64,000 nt of DNA, from positions 1-64,000 of the forward strand of contig JAAILG010000411.1 in NCBI GenBank assembly GCA_012026655.1, written 5' to 3'. Origin of the DNA: Hydrolagus affinis. Taxonomy: Eukaryota. Every line of letters starts with the position of its first letter. The stretch's first letter is position 1. A model generated the notes under the pieces. That model ran no database searches. It saw only the letters and a list, made by a program, of their open reading frames with translations, and had not been told where the DNA came from. Below, piece by piece: positions 1-12,146 of the stretch. The position numbers were made by a program, and so were the translations under genes.

Positions 1-51
1 GTGTTGCCATCACACAAAATTCGCTCCCTTCGGATTATTTATTTGTCCTGC

Positions 52-137
52 TTCTCTCTCCTCCCTCCCCCCCCCCCCCCACTCTCTCTCTCTCTCTCTC
101 CCTCTCTTTCTCTTTTTCTCCCTCTCTCTTTCCCTCC
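52..137. repeat. poly-C / (CT)n pyrimidine microsatellite
   Basis: Runs of C and CT dinucleotides seen directly. Confidence 0.9.
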
Positions 138-504
138 AATGTTTTAAAGAATCAGGCAGGTCACACATACAAACACTCTTTCCAATTTAACGTTGAGAAT
201 TAAACTACCTTCATGTTTGCAATGCTTGACGATTTTCCTGTTGGAAATTCCGAGTTTCGAACTGGGGATTTTGCACCGACTTAACTATTTGAAGGCAGAT
301 GGATTGATGGTCAGAAAGGGCAGGGGGGTGGGGATCCTGAACGTGTGTGAGTTGAGCAGAGCCTTAAGGGTCAAAGTGGGTGAGAGGGAGGAACACACGT
401 CCAACCCATTGGAACTGAAATGCCCACCTCACATTAGAATTCTGTGAGGTTGATTCAGATGTGGGAGCTGGACAGGAATTCTTCTGAGCCCATGATTTAA
501 CACT

Positions 505-592
505 GGATTCACTGTGAAGTGTAGTGACTGTGTGTTTTTGCAGAGAGCGGCAGCCAATTTGCGCTCAGCAAAGTCCCGCAAACATCATGAAG
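505..592 (-). mobile_element. Decayed Deu-domain SINE fragment
   Basis: GCGGCAGCCAATTTGCGCTCAGCAAAGTCCCGCAAAC is the reverse complement of the TTTGTGGGA..GCTGTGCGCAAATTGGCTGCCGC core shared by many SINE copies in the window. Confidence 0.7.
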
Positions 593-654
593 TCAAAAGG
601 ATGTATGTGTGTGTTTGTGTTTGTGTGTGTGTGGGTGGTAGGTGGGGGTAAGAC

Positions 655-735
655 TAGAGAAGGCTGGGAGATGGATCTAAATATGGCTAGACCTTTGATT
701 TGGGCTGAATGGCCTCCCCCTTCTGTGCTGTACAT
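655..735 (+). mobile_element. CR1 LINE 3' end remnant
   Basis: TGGGCTGAATGGCCTCCCCTTCTGTGCTGTA matches the CR1 3' end at 26154-26181. Confidence 0.7.
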
Positions 736-1122
736 TTGTGTGGTTCGAGTCCGACTGTGCACTTGGAGCCCGCCTAACATGTTCCAGAGCAGGGATTGCA
801 TGAGGGACGTTCGTGTTTAGGGACTATGACCCTCGTTGCCATACGCCACAGAGTAGTTACCGCTTTCCCTGCGCTTCCAGCTCACTGGGTGGGGGAAGGC
901 GTATCCTTCAGTTGCCCCTATTGGGATCAACGACTCAGCTCTTCTTACAGCTTCGCATTGCACAGCATGGCTGGCCCTTTGTGGAGGCAAAGACCAAGCT
1001 AAAGATGTGGAACTCAGTCACTGTTCCAGTGGTCCTCAATACATTAGTGCCAATCACTTGGACTTGCTCACCTCAGCTGGGTGTGTGTGTGGGTGTGTGT
1101 TGGCTGGCCCTCTACCATTCAC

Positions 1123-1135
1123 CCACTAGATGGTG
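1123..1135 (+). promoter_or_regulatory. Candidate CTCF site
   Basis: CCACTAGATGGTG resembles the CTCF core CCACYAGRKGGCR; motif match only. Confidence 0.4.
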
Positions 1136-1341
1136 TGCTGCTCAATGCTCAGTTGCACTATCAGAAGCGAAGGACAAACACACAAATCTGCTTTATTCCC
1201 TTTTAAATTGATGGCAGATGACAAAGTTGAATAATGCCGTCGCCCAAATGTGGGAGATAGCTTTGACTTGGATCCGTCTGTCCTAGCGTTAGGGCAAACT
1301 AGAAGGGAGTATAACTCCTGCCAAGATATTTCCTTTTATTA

Positions 1342-1402
1342 TACAATTTTCTTTCTTCAAAGTCAAATTCTTTACAATTTTCTTCCTCAAAGTCAAATTC
1401 TT
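1342..1402. repeat. ~30-bp direct tandem duplication
   Basis: TACAATTTTCTTTCTTCAAAGTCAAATTCTT followed by TACAATTTTCTTCCTCAAAGTCAAATTCTT. Confidence 0.9.
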
Positions 1403-2436
1403 TATGCTCGGTGAAATATCTGATCTTTCAAATTCTGAAGCTTTCAATTGAGTTTTCAGAGTTGATTGTTTGGTTCTTGTTTTGTTCTACGTTTAAGCAA
1501 CGCAGCCTTGTCTGAACAAGGGGCGAGATAAAACATGATCAGTTTCTTTGTATTTAGTGGAAGTTGAATTGAGATGAAACGATTGCTTTGCTCTCGAAAC
1601 AGGAAGAGAATAATCCTGAACGTTTGAAACGTCTCAAAGCTCCACATAGGAATTTACGGCAGAGTGTAGCGGCTGTCTACTTTTTGGGTCTTGTCGCAAC
1701 AGTCCCTGTTCTCGTTAATCAGAAAGAATCTACAGGTGGGATAATGACGGTGCTGCAAATAGGCTGTGTTCTGTGGTTAGGGCACAGTTTCTCTCCATAA
1801 ATAGAATGTTGTTGTATTTTGTTGTTGTTTTGTGCCTGGGATTATATGAAGTGCCAACATTTGCTTTGGATCCAATTCCAATTCCTTTTCTCCCTCTCTC
1901 TCTCCTTTTGCTTTATTTTTTCTCTCTCCTTTCTTTCCCTCTTTATCACCCTCCCTCCCATTCTATTTTTCTCTCTCTCCCCACCCCCCCACCATCCCCC
2001 ATCGGCCCTGTAGAAGCCAACTGCTTTTCTAAAAAAAAAATGAACAATGAAATAAAACAATCAAATGATGAACAGTTTCCATCGAACCACTTTCAAATCA
2101 CACCTAGCAATTTGAACGACAATTGGCGTCAGTGTCAGGAAATTTTACAACAGGCAATTTACACATGTTGTTTGGGGAAGGTCAAGGATAGCGAGCTGCA
2201 GCAAAATTATACTGGAAATCAATGAAGGTATTCTTTTTGTTTAGTTTGCATGAAGCATTGTTGTGCTGTATCTGGAATGTGCTACTTCAACTTGACTCCC
2301 ATAATAGAAGGCAACTGTCAATGACTTTTATTAGACAGATGTTCCCAATGTTCCCGCAATCTTCCTTCAAAGCAACATGAAACAGAGAAAATAATCTTGC
2401 ACGTTACGAATTCCACGTTTGGATCAGTTGAGACAC

Positions 2437-2440
2437 TGTG

Positions 2441-2471
<31 letters not shown>

Positions 2472-2472
2472 T
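2437..2472. repeat. (TG)n microsatellite
   Basis: Seen directly. Confidence 0.95.
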
Positions 2473-2664
2473 GATTGCATAGGATTCACATACATCAACT
2501 ATTTTGTTTTCCCAATCCCGAAAACTGTAGATTCGTTCAATCCCACTGTATAAGCCTTTGAGCTTCTATTTCATGTCGACCACCTAAGTGTTGTATTAAG
2601 ACAGGCAGATGACACCATAAAACTACACAAACCAATATTTTTTTTTCTTCTGATTAAACCATAA

Positions 2665-2857
2665 CCTCACACTACACCCAATAATAAAATCGGTCATTTC
2701 AATCCATGACTGTTTGTGGGACACTGCTGTACACAATTGGCTACCGCATGTCGCCCAACAAATATACACTCAATTCACTTCACAGTATATTCTGTGAAAC
2801 CCTTTGAGACGTCTAGAAGATGTGAAAACTGCTATATCAAATGCAAGGATTATTATT
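2665..2857 (+). mobile_element. 5'-truncated tRNA/Deu SINE (SINE2-1_CM-like), (ATT)n tail
   Basis: Deu core TTTGTGGGACACTGCTGT..AATTGGCT, then tail ..GCTATATCAAATGCAAGGATTATTATT. Confidence 0.9.
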
Positions 2858-4439
2858 CTGTGTTCTACCCTCAAAATATTTTAAATATCTCGCGTTGCAC
2901 CTAATTCCAATGGCCAGAATTGATCCATATTATCTTGGTTCAGTTTTCTTGTACCAATTGGGTGCAGCAAAAACAAATTGCGTTGTTATAGTGCCTTTCA
3001 CATCCTGTGCAAAGCTTGTTATTCAGTTATTAGTTATCCAATCAATCAAAACGCCACCAACCATGTCTATTATTCAATCAAATTCAACAGCCAATGCTGA
3101 TCAATCCAAAAGGAGATGCTAGCAGACTGCCCAGCTCTGTCCACAAACAGTAGATCACTAAAACACCACTTGTAAAACCGCTCGGTCTACTGTTGAATGA
3201 TTCGATCTCTGATCAGTCCTATACTTGGCTGGTTAAGCCAGTCAGTAAATTAACCATTTGCCAGCAATGTTATCCATCTAATTTGGTCAAGTAAACATCC
3301 ACCCGGCCTATCAATCCAAGTCAAGCAATGTAACTCCAAGTCAATTACTATTTTAATATAGTAATTCTATTACTATAAATTATATTATCGTACTATATTA
3401 CTATACAATTAATATTACGAAACTCACTATTATAGTCTTGTGTGGTTGATTAAAGCCATGCACATTGCTTCCACATGTTACATTGAGACTTAATTCAAAC
3501 ACAAATGAACCATTTTGGGGTGTGCTGTGTAATAGATATCTTAACTGATTAGGATGTTTAGGTTAAGCGTGGTAATCACTTCTCCAAGAGCGAATAAAGT
3601 ATACTTTCTGTCTTCTGGCTTTCTGACTTGAAATTCCCCTTGTGCTCAAGTAATATCATTTAAGCAAATTATTTGTGACTTGAAGAGTACGAGTAATTTT
3701 CCAGCTCTACGCTGTGTAAAATATTCTGCAGAAGTCAAAAATTCCAGATTTCACTTGCTTCAAATAGCTGTTCACAGCATGCAGCGGCATAATTATATAA
3801 ATTCGTATATTTCTAGTCAAAGAAATGGCGTTTACTTCTGCACAGCATGTGTTAGTACCATCTCCTACTCAGTATTGACTACATTTGTGACTTCCAAATA
3901 TACACTGCTTTATTGCTGCTGCACTATGTGATTTAATGTGATGTCTTGAGAAATATTAAGGCAGTAACCTGGATGAAACAAAACTCATAATTTTAGATCT
4001 ACCATGACTTTTTCCTCTCCGGTAAAACAAATGTACAGCAATGGGCCCACCTTTGCATTTTGTATTCACTTAAATTTCCTTTTACGCAGCCCTTTTTCTT
4101 GTTTTTTCAAGTCCACAAAATGCTCTGGCTTTGCCTTGTTGTAGGGGAATGAAGTGACACAAATGATTTTTCTCTCTCGTTGGAAAATTTCTCTTTAGGA
4201 TCTTTAGAATTTCCCCCATTCTGGTCGGTTGAGAAACTTAAGAAACTTGATTAAATGAGCCTATGAATTTCTGGGTAAGGGTTACAAAGGAGGGCAATGC
4301 AATCTTCACAAACTAGTAAAAGAATCAATTGGCGATTGAGCAGAATAGTAATGAGGTTTTAAAACTCGCTGAATAATGTGTGCCTCCAATGATGCAGTAC
4401 ACCCAGGCACCACATTTGAGTGTCAGTTTGTATGCCAAA

Positions 4440-4521
4440 TCCAGTCATGGAGTTGATCTTATGACTCCTCGATCTCATGACTCGGAGATGGGAGAGCTAC
4501 CAACTGAGCCAGCCTGACACA
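4440..4521 (-). mobile_element. SacSINE1-like SINE tRNA head
   Basis: Reverse complement GTGTCAGGCTGGCTCAGTTGGTAGC.. (A box) matches the heads at 9356 and 48406. Confidence 0.65.
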
Positions 4522-5640
4522 CCAATATCAGTGCCAGCCAGTGGCTCAAGTAACGGCGAAGATGTGGAAAGTGGAAATCAAGTGGAAATGCCCTGAAGCA
4601 CACCGTATTGCGCTCGTGGTGGTGTGTGTTGAGTGGAGTCCAAGGAATTTGCTCGTCTTCATCAAAGGAAGGAGGGAGTGAGGCTTAACCTGTTAAGAAA
4701 AGTATAGGGTTGATAAATGGGGGTGTCACTACATCACGTATGAACTTTAAAAGCAAATGTTTATACCAAATGTACAGCATTCTGGTGTGTTTGATCCTCT
4801 TTAGATGATGGAGTCATTGGGTATAATTGGTCAAAAGGGCTGTTTTAATATGGTTAGATGTCACCTCCACCAATGTGAAAGGGCTTGGTTTCCATTTGTT
4901 TAGGTACTTAACTGTGATTTATTACTGATCGCAGTCGATTGCATGGTTGAACTTTCTGCTGGCGATCCATTTGAAATGTAGCTATCGCTGAAACGCTGTT
5001 TAAAGTGCTTTATGTGTCAAATTGGCCTAAAAATGGGGCCAGTTGTCTTTTACAACATTTCATCAGCTGCGTTTGTGCAGATCACCTCGAGGGCTCATAC
5101 CGTCTTAACTTCATGCAATATTCACGGAATCGTGTAATAAAGCATAATCCTTCAATTATTTCCAACCATTACCTATCGGAATGAATCCTTGGTGGCAATT
5201 AATCAAAAGTCATGCCCGGTGAATGGCAGATTGGGGTTGAGCTTTCGCATTAACTTCATTTTGCTGACTGCGGACTCCATTTATGGCGGTTGATGAGAGA
5301 AAAACCACCCACTTTGTCTCTCTAATTGCTTGTGAGTGAGAGGACAAGTGTGCCTGTGGTCTCCGTTCACTGCTTCTTGGCAGGAAAGAATAAAGTAGCA
5401 AGGCAACGTGAGAAGAAATAGTGCCTCCGCTTAAGCCATTTTACGAGCCCCATAAATAGTGTAACTGTACCTGAGGACTCGAAGATAGATGCAGACTGAC
5501 ATGATCCGATAGAGTGTTTGCATTGAACATCATTTATCTGTCGCTGGAAGAGCTAGTAAGTTGCTTTCTTTGGAGTGAAGAGGATCAGGTTTATATAGTG
5601 GAGATGTGATAATGGATAGATATTGTGCTTTAGTTTTTTT

Positions 5641-5660
5641 TATATATATATATATATATA
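5641..5660. repeat. (TA)n microsatellite
   Basis: Seen directly. Confidence 0.95.
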
Positions 5661-6792
5661 GATGTATGCTTTGGGGTCCAGTGAGTGTTTATCAAGAGCT
5701 TCCTGCCTGGAAGCAAGTCTGTCAGTGGATGGAGTGAAGTCTTACAGAACGGGTAATTCTATGTACGTACGTAAAGTGTGGGTTAAGATGGGCTGTTGAG
5801 GTTTTTGGCAGCAGTGGTCACCAGGGGTTGATTGCCCTTGTTGTTTTTGTTTTGTACAATCAATTTGGGGTCAAAACTAGCTTTGCAGGGCAACATGTCT
5901 AAGTTTCCAAAGTACAGGCAATCCAAGCTCTCATCAGTTATCATCTCTTGAGCAGCCGTTTCTGCTCATGATCACAGCATGATCTGTTCGGCTGGAAATC
6001 GCATCGAATAATTCCAAATGGCCTATGTTGATGATTTATTCCTAACATTGCATCGATGGACCTTATGTTTACTGGTGGATTTCAGTTCTTACCCGCAGTG
6101 TGAGTGGATTACAAAGTTAATTTGTAGCCTTGAGCATCAGTTACATGTTGATTGGATTTCTGAAGACTTGCAATTTGAAATTACTAGAGAATGGGATGAA
6201 TCACTTTGATGTTGCTGTGGTATGTTAAATTTGATATTAACAAGTGATTTTTTTTTAATCCTATCATTTTTATAATAGTGGCCAATTACTCTGTGCACCT
6301 ACATTAATTTTCATTTCAGTAAATAGAATTATGTTCTGCCATTTGATCCTTGAGATGGATCTTTGCCTAAGTGCTTGAGTACCTTGGGAAGTATTCTAAA
6401 TGGACTGAAATATGTAGGTTTGATAGCAAATAGCTGATCATCGTTTTGTGAACTAATTCTAATGGAAATACTTCATTCAGGGTGAATGAGGAAAGCATAC
6501 ACACATCTACATAATTTGTAAGAGAAAGCTAATGAAGTACTTTGAAAAATGTACACACACTGGTGTGTGATAGACATTGGTGAGGGATAGAGAGGTATGA
6601 AAGAGGTGTAAATGGTTGTGTATGAACACCAGTCCAGATTACTTGGTCTGAATGATCTTGTAACATAATTTTGTACATTTGTAGATTAAATGGAATTATA
6701 GATGTTTTTATTCTTAACAATAATGAATAATCTTCATTTGATGTAGCACATTTTATGTTATGAGAGTCTCGAAGAAATGTGTTCTTTCAAAG

Positions 6793-7128
6793 TAATAATA
6801 TAATAATAATCCTTGCAGTTGATATAGCGCTTTTCATGTCTTCTAGGTGGCTCAAAGCGCTTCACAGAATATACTGTAAAGTGAATTGACTGTATATTTG
6901 TGGGCGAAGCATGGCAGCCAATTGCGCACAGCAGTATTCCACAAACAGTCGTGGATTGAAAATAATCAATTTATTATAGGTTTTGTTTGGGTGGGTGATG
7001 GAATGTTATCAGGCGTGTGGTGTAAGGAAACTTGCCCAAGGTTTTGTCCTGACCTGCCTGGATTTGAAACAAACACAAATCTCACACTTGTAAGGCGAGT
7101 GCTCTAACCACTTAGCTACAGGACTCCA
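6793..7128 (-). mobile_element. Full-length tRNA/Deu SINE, subfamily A
   Basis: Reverse complement starts TGGAGTCCTGTAGCTAAGTGGTTAGAGC (A box), has a B-box-like segment, Deu core, stem-loop and (ATT)n tail. Confidence 0.92.
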
Positions 7129-7359
7129 CATGTGTCTTAATTGTGTTTCCGGAATGGATGCAGGTTTTATTGATTGGCTTCCTTTTTTTCAGAAAAAAGA
7201 AACTTGCTCCTTTTTCTTTTACTTAGATCTTAAATGATGCGAGCTCCAGCTGTGACTAATATCTCTGCTTTGAATCAAATTGTTGTAAAGACACAAGACA
7301 TAAGTGAAGACACAAGTTTATGAACCGGATAGCAATTGTGACTTGGTAACCATGTGTTT

Positions 7360-7427
7360 CAGTGCCTTGGGATGTCCTCCTGACCTGAAAAGCGCTATAC
7401 AAATCTGATTTTGTTGTTGTTGTTGTT
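7360..7427 (+). mobile_element. ~65-bp L2 3' stem-loop stub with (TTG)n tail
   Basis: AGTGCCTTGGGATGTCCTCCTGACCTGAAAAGCGCTATACAAATCTGATTTTGTTGTTG; many similar copies in the window. Confidence 0.8.
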
Positions 7428-8796
7428 TGGTCAATGCCCTTTAATAAATTCTATTGGTTTCCCATCGCAAGCAGCGTATAAGTAAGCAGTGCATATTAGC
7501 TTAATCCAAAAGATAAATGTAGTTTAATTCTACTTAGTGAATTTTTACTCTCAGCATTATCTTCCTTTGATAATACACGTCAAAGAAATATCTTTTGGTG
7601 GGCTGGGGAGGATGGGTGAGGTGTGCATGCAGGCAGGCGGGTGGCTGGAGTGGGTGTATGAGTTTATCTCATCAGTTGAGTTGCTGAGTCTGACATTATG
7701 AACAAGTTGAGTTTGAAATGACCCCCAAAATGCTTCACCAATTTGTCATTTGTAATGCCTACATTAATTAATCTGTCAGCTCTCTTGCACTGTCGAGTTG
7801 AATAACTCTTCCAACCAAATCTTCTGATCCCTGTTCAATGTTTAATTTATTATAACCTTTAAACTTGCATGAAAGATAGTGTTGAATCTATTCATTTTGG
7901 TCCAGTATTCCCTCTCCGTAATTTTAAGACTAGCCTGGAGATCCCCCACCTTTACCTCTCTCTCTCTCTCTCCCCCCCACCCCCCGTCTCTCTCAACTCT
8001 TTCTTTCTTACAGAGGTGTTGGACTTTGCCCTGTGTGTTGTGCCTCAGATTGAAAACCTTCCCTTAGGTCCACGCGGGTTCCATTTTCCATACTCAGTCA
8101 TGTATAAGTAGACTAACCTCTTGCGAAAGGGAATGGCGTTGTCAATCAGGATAAAATAATGCTTCCATTCCTTTTTGGGTCAGTGGAACTCATTGCGTCG
8201 AATCCATTTCTGAGCATGGACCCTAAGATAATGTGAATGATTCTTATTTACACATTACTCACAATGATCATGTAATTAATTCATTGCCTTGAGGAATATG
8301 GAACATCAAAGTAATTCACAAAGATTGAGTAAATACTGTGACTGTAGGCAAATGTGGCAGCCAATCTTTGCACCTGGAGGATTTGTTATCCAGGCCACAA
8401 GGGGAAAATCCCTGCCTCTTTACCAATTGTGTCAAGGGATCTTTGTTCTCCATCAGAATAGATCAGACATGACCTTGTTTAAAGATTTCATTCGAAGATG
8501 GTTTGGTGCAAATGTTGCCAGCCTCTATAAATGTCTGATAATTCATTTACTCCCAACTAATTCCATTTAAATATGTTTAACAAATCTATTTGTATTGATG
8601 AGCAAAAACCTCTCTAGTGTTTAGTTTGCATGTTTTTTTTATATAGACACAGTGTTATTTGCAAGACTGTGTGTGGGTGTGGATTTGAAAAATACAGTCT
8701 GTCTCTAGGTTTACTTTGGCTCCTTCCTATAAATAAGTGTCTTTCAGGGGGAAAAGCACACGCAATTTTCTTTCTAAACTCTTTCCTCTTGTGTCC

Positions 8797-8862
8797 AGCG
8801 CCTTAGGACATCCTCCTGACGTGAAAGGCGCTATACAAATGTAATTTTGTTGTCGTTGTTGT
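8797..8862 (+). mobile_element. ~65-bp L2 3' stem-loop stub
   Basis: AGCGCCTT..AAGGCGCT stem followed by ATACAAATGTAATTTTGTTG. Confidence 0.85.
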
Positions 8863-8914
8863 GAATTTTGGGGGACTAATGCAATCTTATGTGCAGTGTT
8901 ACAGCACAGAAACA

Positions 8915-9110
8915 AGCTATTCTGTGCTTGTATTTATCCACACCACCCTCCCATCCCTACTTATGTCCACTCCTATACACTATTCCCTTCCTCGTGTATG
9001 GAAATGTTTCCTCTTAAATCAGTTTTCAAACAAAGCAGTGAGTTCCACATTTTTAGCCACCCTCTGAGTAAAGAAGTTCTTCCCAAATTCCCTTAATTTG
9101 TATCTTAATG
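8915..9110 (-). mobile_element. CR1 3' region remnant
   Basis: TTCCACATTTTTAGCCACCCTCTGAGTAAAGAAGTT is the antisense of the CR1 FFTQRV..WN segment. Confidence 0.6.
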
Positions 9111-9355
9111 GGCCATATGATTACAACAACCAAATTACATCGGCCCCATAGTGCCTTTCATGTTGGGAGGAAGTCCCAAGTTATCTGGGACTACTGTGCC
9201 GTGCAGAAACAAAGTCAGAGTCTTGTCAGCTGAAACATATGTGGCTACGGCAATTTGCGGTTTGAAAACTGAGCCAATCATCATACACCGGGTTCAGATC
9301 AGGACTTGATTATTTTTTTCCGATGTCTCATTTGGTGTTTTATTGCAACATGGAT

Positions 9356-9885
9356 TGTCAGCCTGGCTCAGTCGCCAGTACTCTCAACCACAACCACAAC
9401 AACAACAACGGAATTACATTTGTTGAGCGCCTTTCATTTCGGGAGGACGTTCCAAGGCGCTGAACAGACAACTCTGAATCAGAAAGTTGGGGGTTCAAGC
9501 TCCACGTCTAGGGAACTTGCATAGTCTAGGGAGCAGATGCTACAACAATAACAACAACAACAAAATTACATTTGTAGAGTACCTTTCACGTCGGGAGGAC
9601 GTCCCAAGGTGCTGAACAATCAGGTCAGGACAATGCAGTACTGGGGGGAGTGCTGCGTTATTGGAAGTTCCATTCATTGGTTAGGATGTTAAACCAAGCT
9701 CCTGTCTACCCCTTGTAGGTGGACTTTAAAGGTCTCTATGTTGCTGTGGGAAAAGAGAAGGGGAGTTTCTCCCTGTGTCTTGCTCCCCAAATAAAATAGG
9801 CTACTTGTATCATGGCTGCGTGTGAGACATTGCTGTACCAAATTGTACCAAGGCTGCCATCTTTCCTATAAATAGTCACTACATT
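9356..9885 (+). mobile_element. SacSINE1-like Deu SINE interrupted by two antisense L2 stubs
   Basis: Head TGTCAGCCTGGCTCAGT..GGGTTCAAG, body CAGTACTGGGGGGAGTGCTGC..GATGTTAAACC, decayed Deu core; inserts at about 9386-9468 and 9543-9629. Confidence 0.8.
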
Positions 9886-11627
9886 TTATCGTAACAGAGG
9901 TGAAAATGCTACTGACCGATCCAATATGATAGCAGAATTTATTGCTTGATGTTTTTCAACCCCAGACTCTTAATATTTTTTTTCGCCCATTAGATTTGCG
10001 TTGGCCACGTTTCAGAAGTTCATTCGGTGAACAAATAGTTCACCCTCCACTTTTTGCTCTGTGCATCTCTCAGCACTAGGCTTGATGAATTGGCCCCCAA
10101 AGCATAGACCGAAAAATCCTGTTCGGTGCCCAGCCGCACAAAGGCATCGCCTCTAACGTGTCGTGTGTGCTCACGCTCGCACGCTGGGCATTCCTTGTGG
10201 CATTTTTACCAGCTAATTTGAGGACAATCCTTGCCACATTTTGCGAAGCTGTGTTTGTGCATTCACTGGAAACCTGACTGGGGGCTGCGCAGCTTCCTGT
10301 CTCTGCACATCCTTCTAGGTGTTGGTATAAAGGAATTCGACCCACTTGTGTTCCATTTAAGCTGCAGGCTAGGGAATAAAAGGGCAGAATTCAAGCACAC
10401 TGAATAAAATGCTTCGTCTCATCTCAAAGACAGTGACTTGTACTCGAGTAACACAGCCAGGATGGATCTCCAGTGCCCTTTCCAACGGGCTGTTTTTCAG
10501 TCTTGTCTAAACAGTTGTTATGCTGTACTAACGCAATGCAGCACGTGCAGGAAGCAATTAGATGCTACCGTTTGCCCGCAAAAAAAATAGCCAGTATATC
10601 CTGTGAAGCCATTTGAGATATCTCAACGATGTGATAAGGCGCTGCATGAAACGCAAGGATTATTATTATCCAATACAAGTTGTTTGTAATGTTAAGCTCC
10701 TGTCTAAAGTAGATGATTGCTGTGTTGCGGATTCACATTGCGCAGTCTGGAAAGACACTGATGTTAAGCGTTCTAAACAACGTACAGCAAATCGAACAGT
10801 GGGGCAATTCGGGGACGTCACGATTAGCGACCTCTTAAATGTCAGGCTGCAGCAAATAATCATATCTTTACCGGGGAGAAATAGATCATAATCACTGAGG
10901 GGAGAGGCACTTTAAACCGGTAATAAACTGTGGAAGTGATCTGAAATTATGTTTGCAAATAAATGGTATCTTAAATCATTCGACTTGGTTTCGCTCTTTG
11001 ATTCTACAACATGCTTGCGATCACGAAGCGGTTGTTCCTTAGCTGTTGTATCATGTAGTTGTTTGCTGGAGTGCTCAGACAGATTTGATGACAGTTAATG
11101 GGTTGAGCACTGAGTTGGATAGGCTGGATGTAACCCTGTAACCGGCATCAGTGTACTGCACAGCAACAAAAAAGAAGACTGCACAGGAACATGTTGATAT
11201 TTTTTTCCTGAAACATTCTGGGGCGAGGGGTAGGGCTAGAAAAAGCCATGCGCATTTCCAAAAATGTGATTTTCTTTTCAAGCACTCGGAACTGAGGTTA
11301 GATAACAGACTTTCATATCATTTTCTTCTGTTTATTCGGTAATTTACTGTTGCCTTTCTGGTTAATTGGTTTTCTGTGGAAAAAGTAATGGGTGAAAGAG
11401 GAAAACTTGTCAATTTTAAATATGTAAGCAGTGTTGTTTTCTGTATTTTGCTACCCAGCTGAATGTTAACACGCTCGCTTTGTATATCTCACAGAGACTT
11501 TTTTTTTGCAATAGTAATGCAAGCTCTTGTCTGACAATATTTGTTAAATGTCTGTGTTCCTGCTCACAACCTTTAGGATCTACAGATTTTGATGACATGC
11601 AGCCTTGACATCACGCAATTCCAGACT

Positions 11628-12146
11628 TTAATAATAATAATAATTAATAATCCTTGCATTTGATCTCCATCACACCAGTTCTTGCCAGGCACCACTGGCT
11701 CCCTATCACCCAATGGATCGATTTCAAGATTCTCACACTCGTTTTCAAATCCCTTCACCATTCTACCTCTCCGACCTGCTTACCACCCCCCCAACCCGCA
11801 ACCTATTGCCTCCGCTTGACTGGCTTCGGTCTTCTGCATGTCTCTCGTGCACTGCGTTCTACAATTGGTGACTGAACTTTCAGCAACTATGCCCCCAAAC
11901 TCTGGAACATGCTTCCTTGATCTCTCCAGTTTAGCCCTTCCTTCCCCATTTTCAGGTCGTGCCTGAAGACCTTCTTATTTAACCATGCCTAGGGTTACCT
12001 CCCCTTGGCTCCATGTCAACTTCCACCACTGTCAATCTGCATACACAAACGCAAGTTGTTGTCGTCGTCGATATCACACCTTTCACGTTTGAAGGACATC
12101 TCAAAGTGCTTCACAGGATTTACCGTGCAGGCAGTGACTGTCTTTG
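11628..12146 (-). mobile_element. SINE tail split by an L2 insertion
   Basis: (AAT)n-CCTTGCATTTGAT ends at 11664 and resumes as GATATCACACCTTTCACG..CTCAAAGTGCTTCACAG at about 12070. Confidence 0.7.
11665..12069 (+). mobile_element. L2 LINE 3' fragment (decayed ORF2 C-terminus)
   Basis: Translation [30 protein letters not shown] (L2 HWLP..RI.FK motif); TTG-type tail. Confidence 0.9.

Noticed and set aside
544-602. Exon-like segment ttgcag|AGAG..GGAT|gtatgt
   Set aside because: The body is an antisense Deu-SINE remnant; there is no other support for exonisation.
3345-3435. AT-rich TACTAT-like stretch as an origin or structured element
   Set aside because: Low-complexity sequence with no consistent period or flanking signature.
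11628-11700. A third tail-out SINE/L2 chimera
   Set aside because: The rest of the SINE tail is found after the L2 at about 12070, so this is an ordinary nested insertion.
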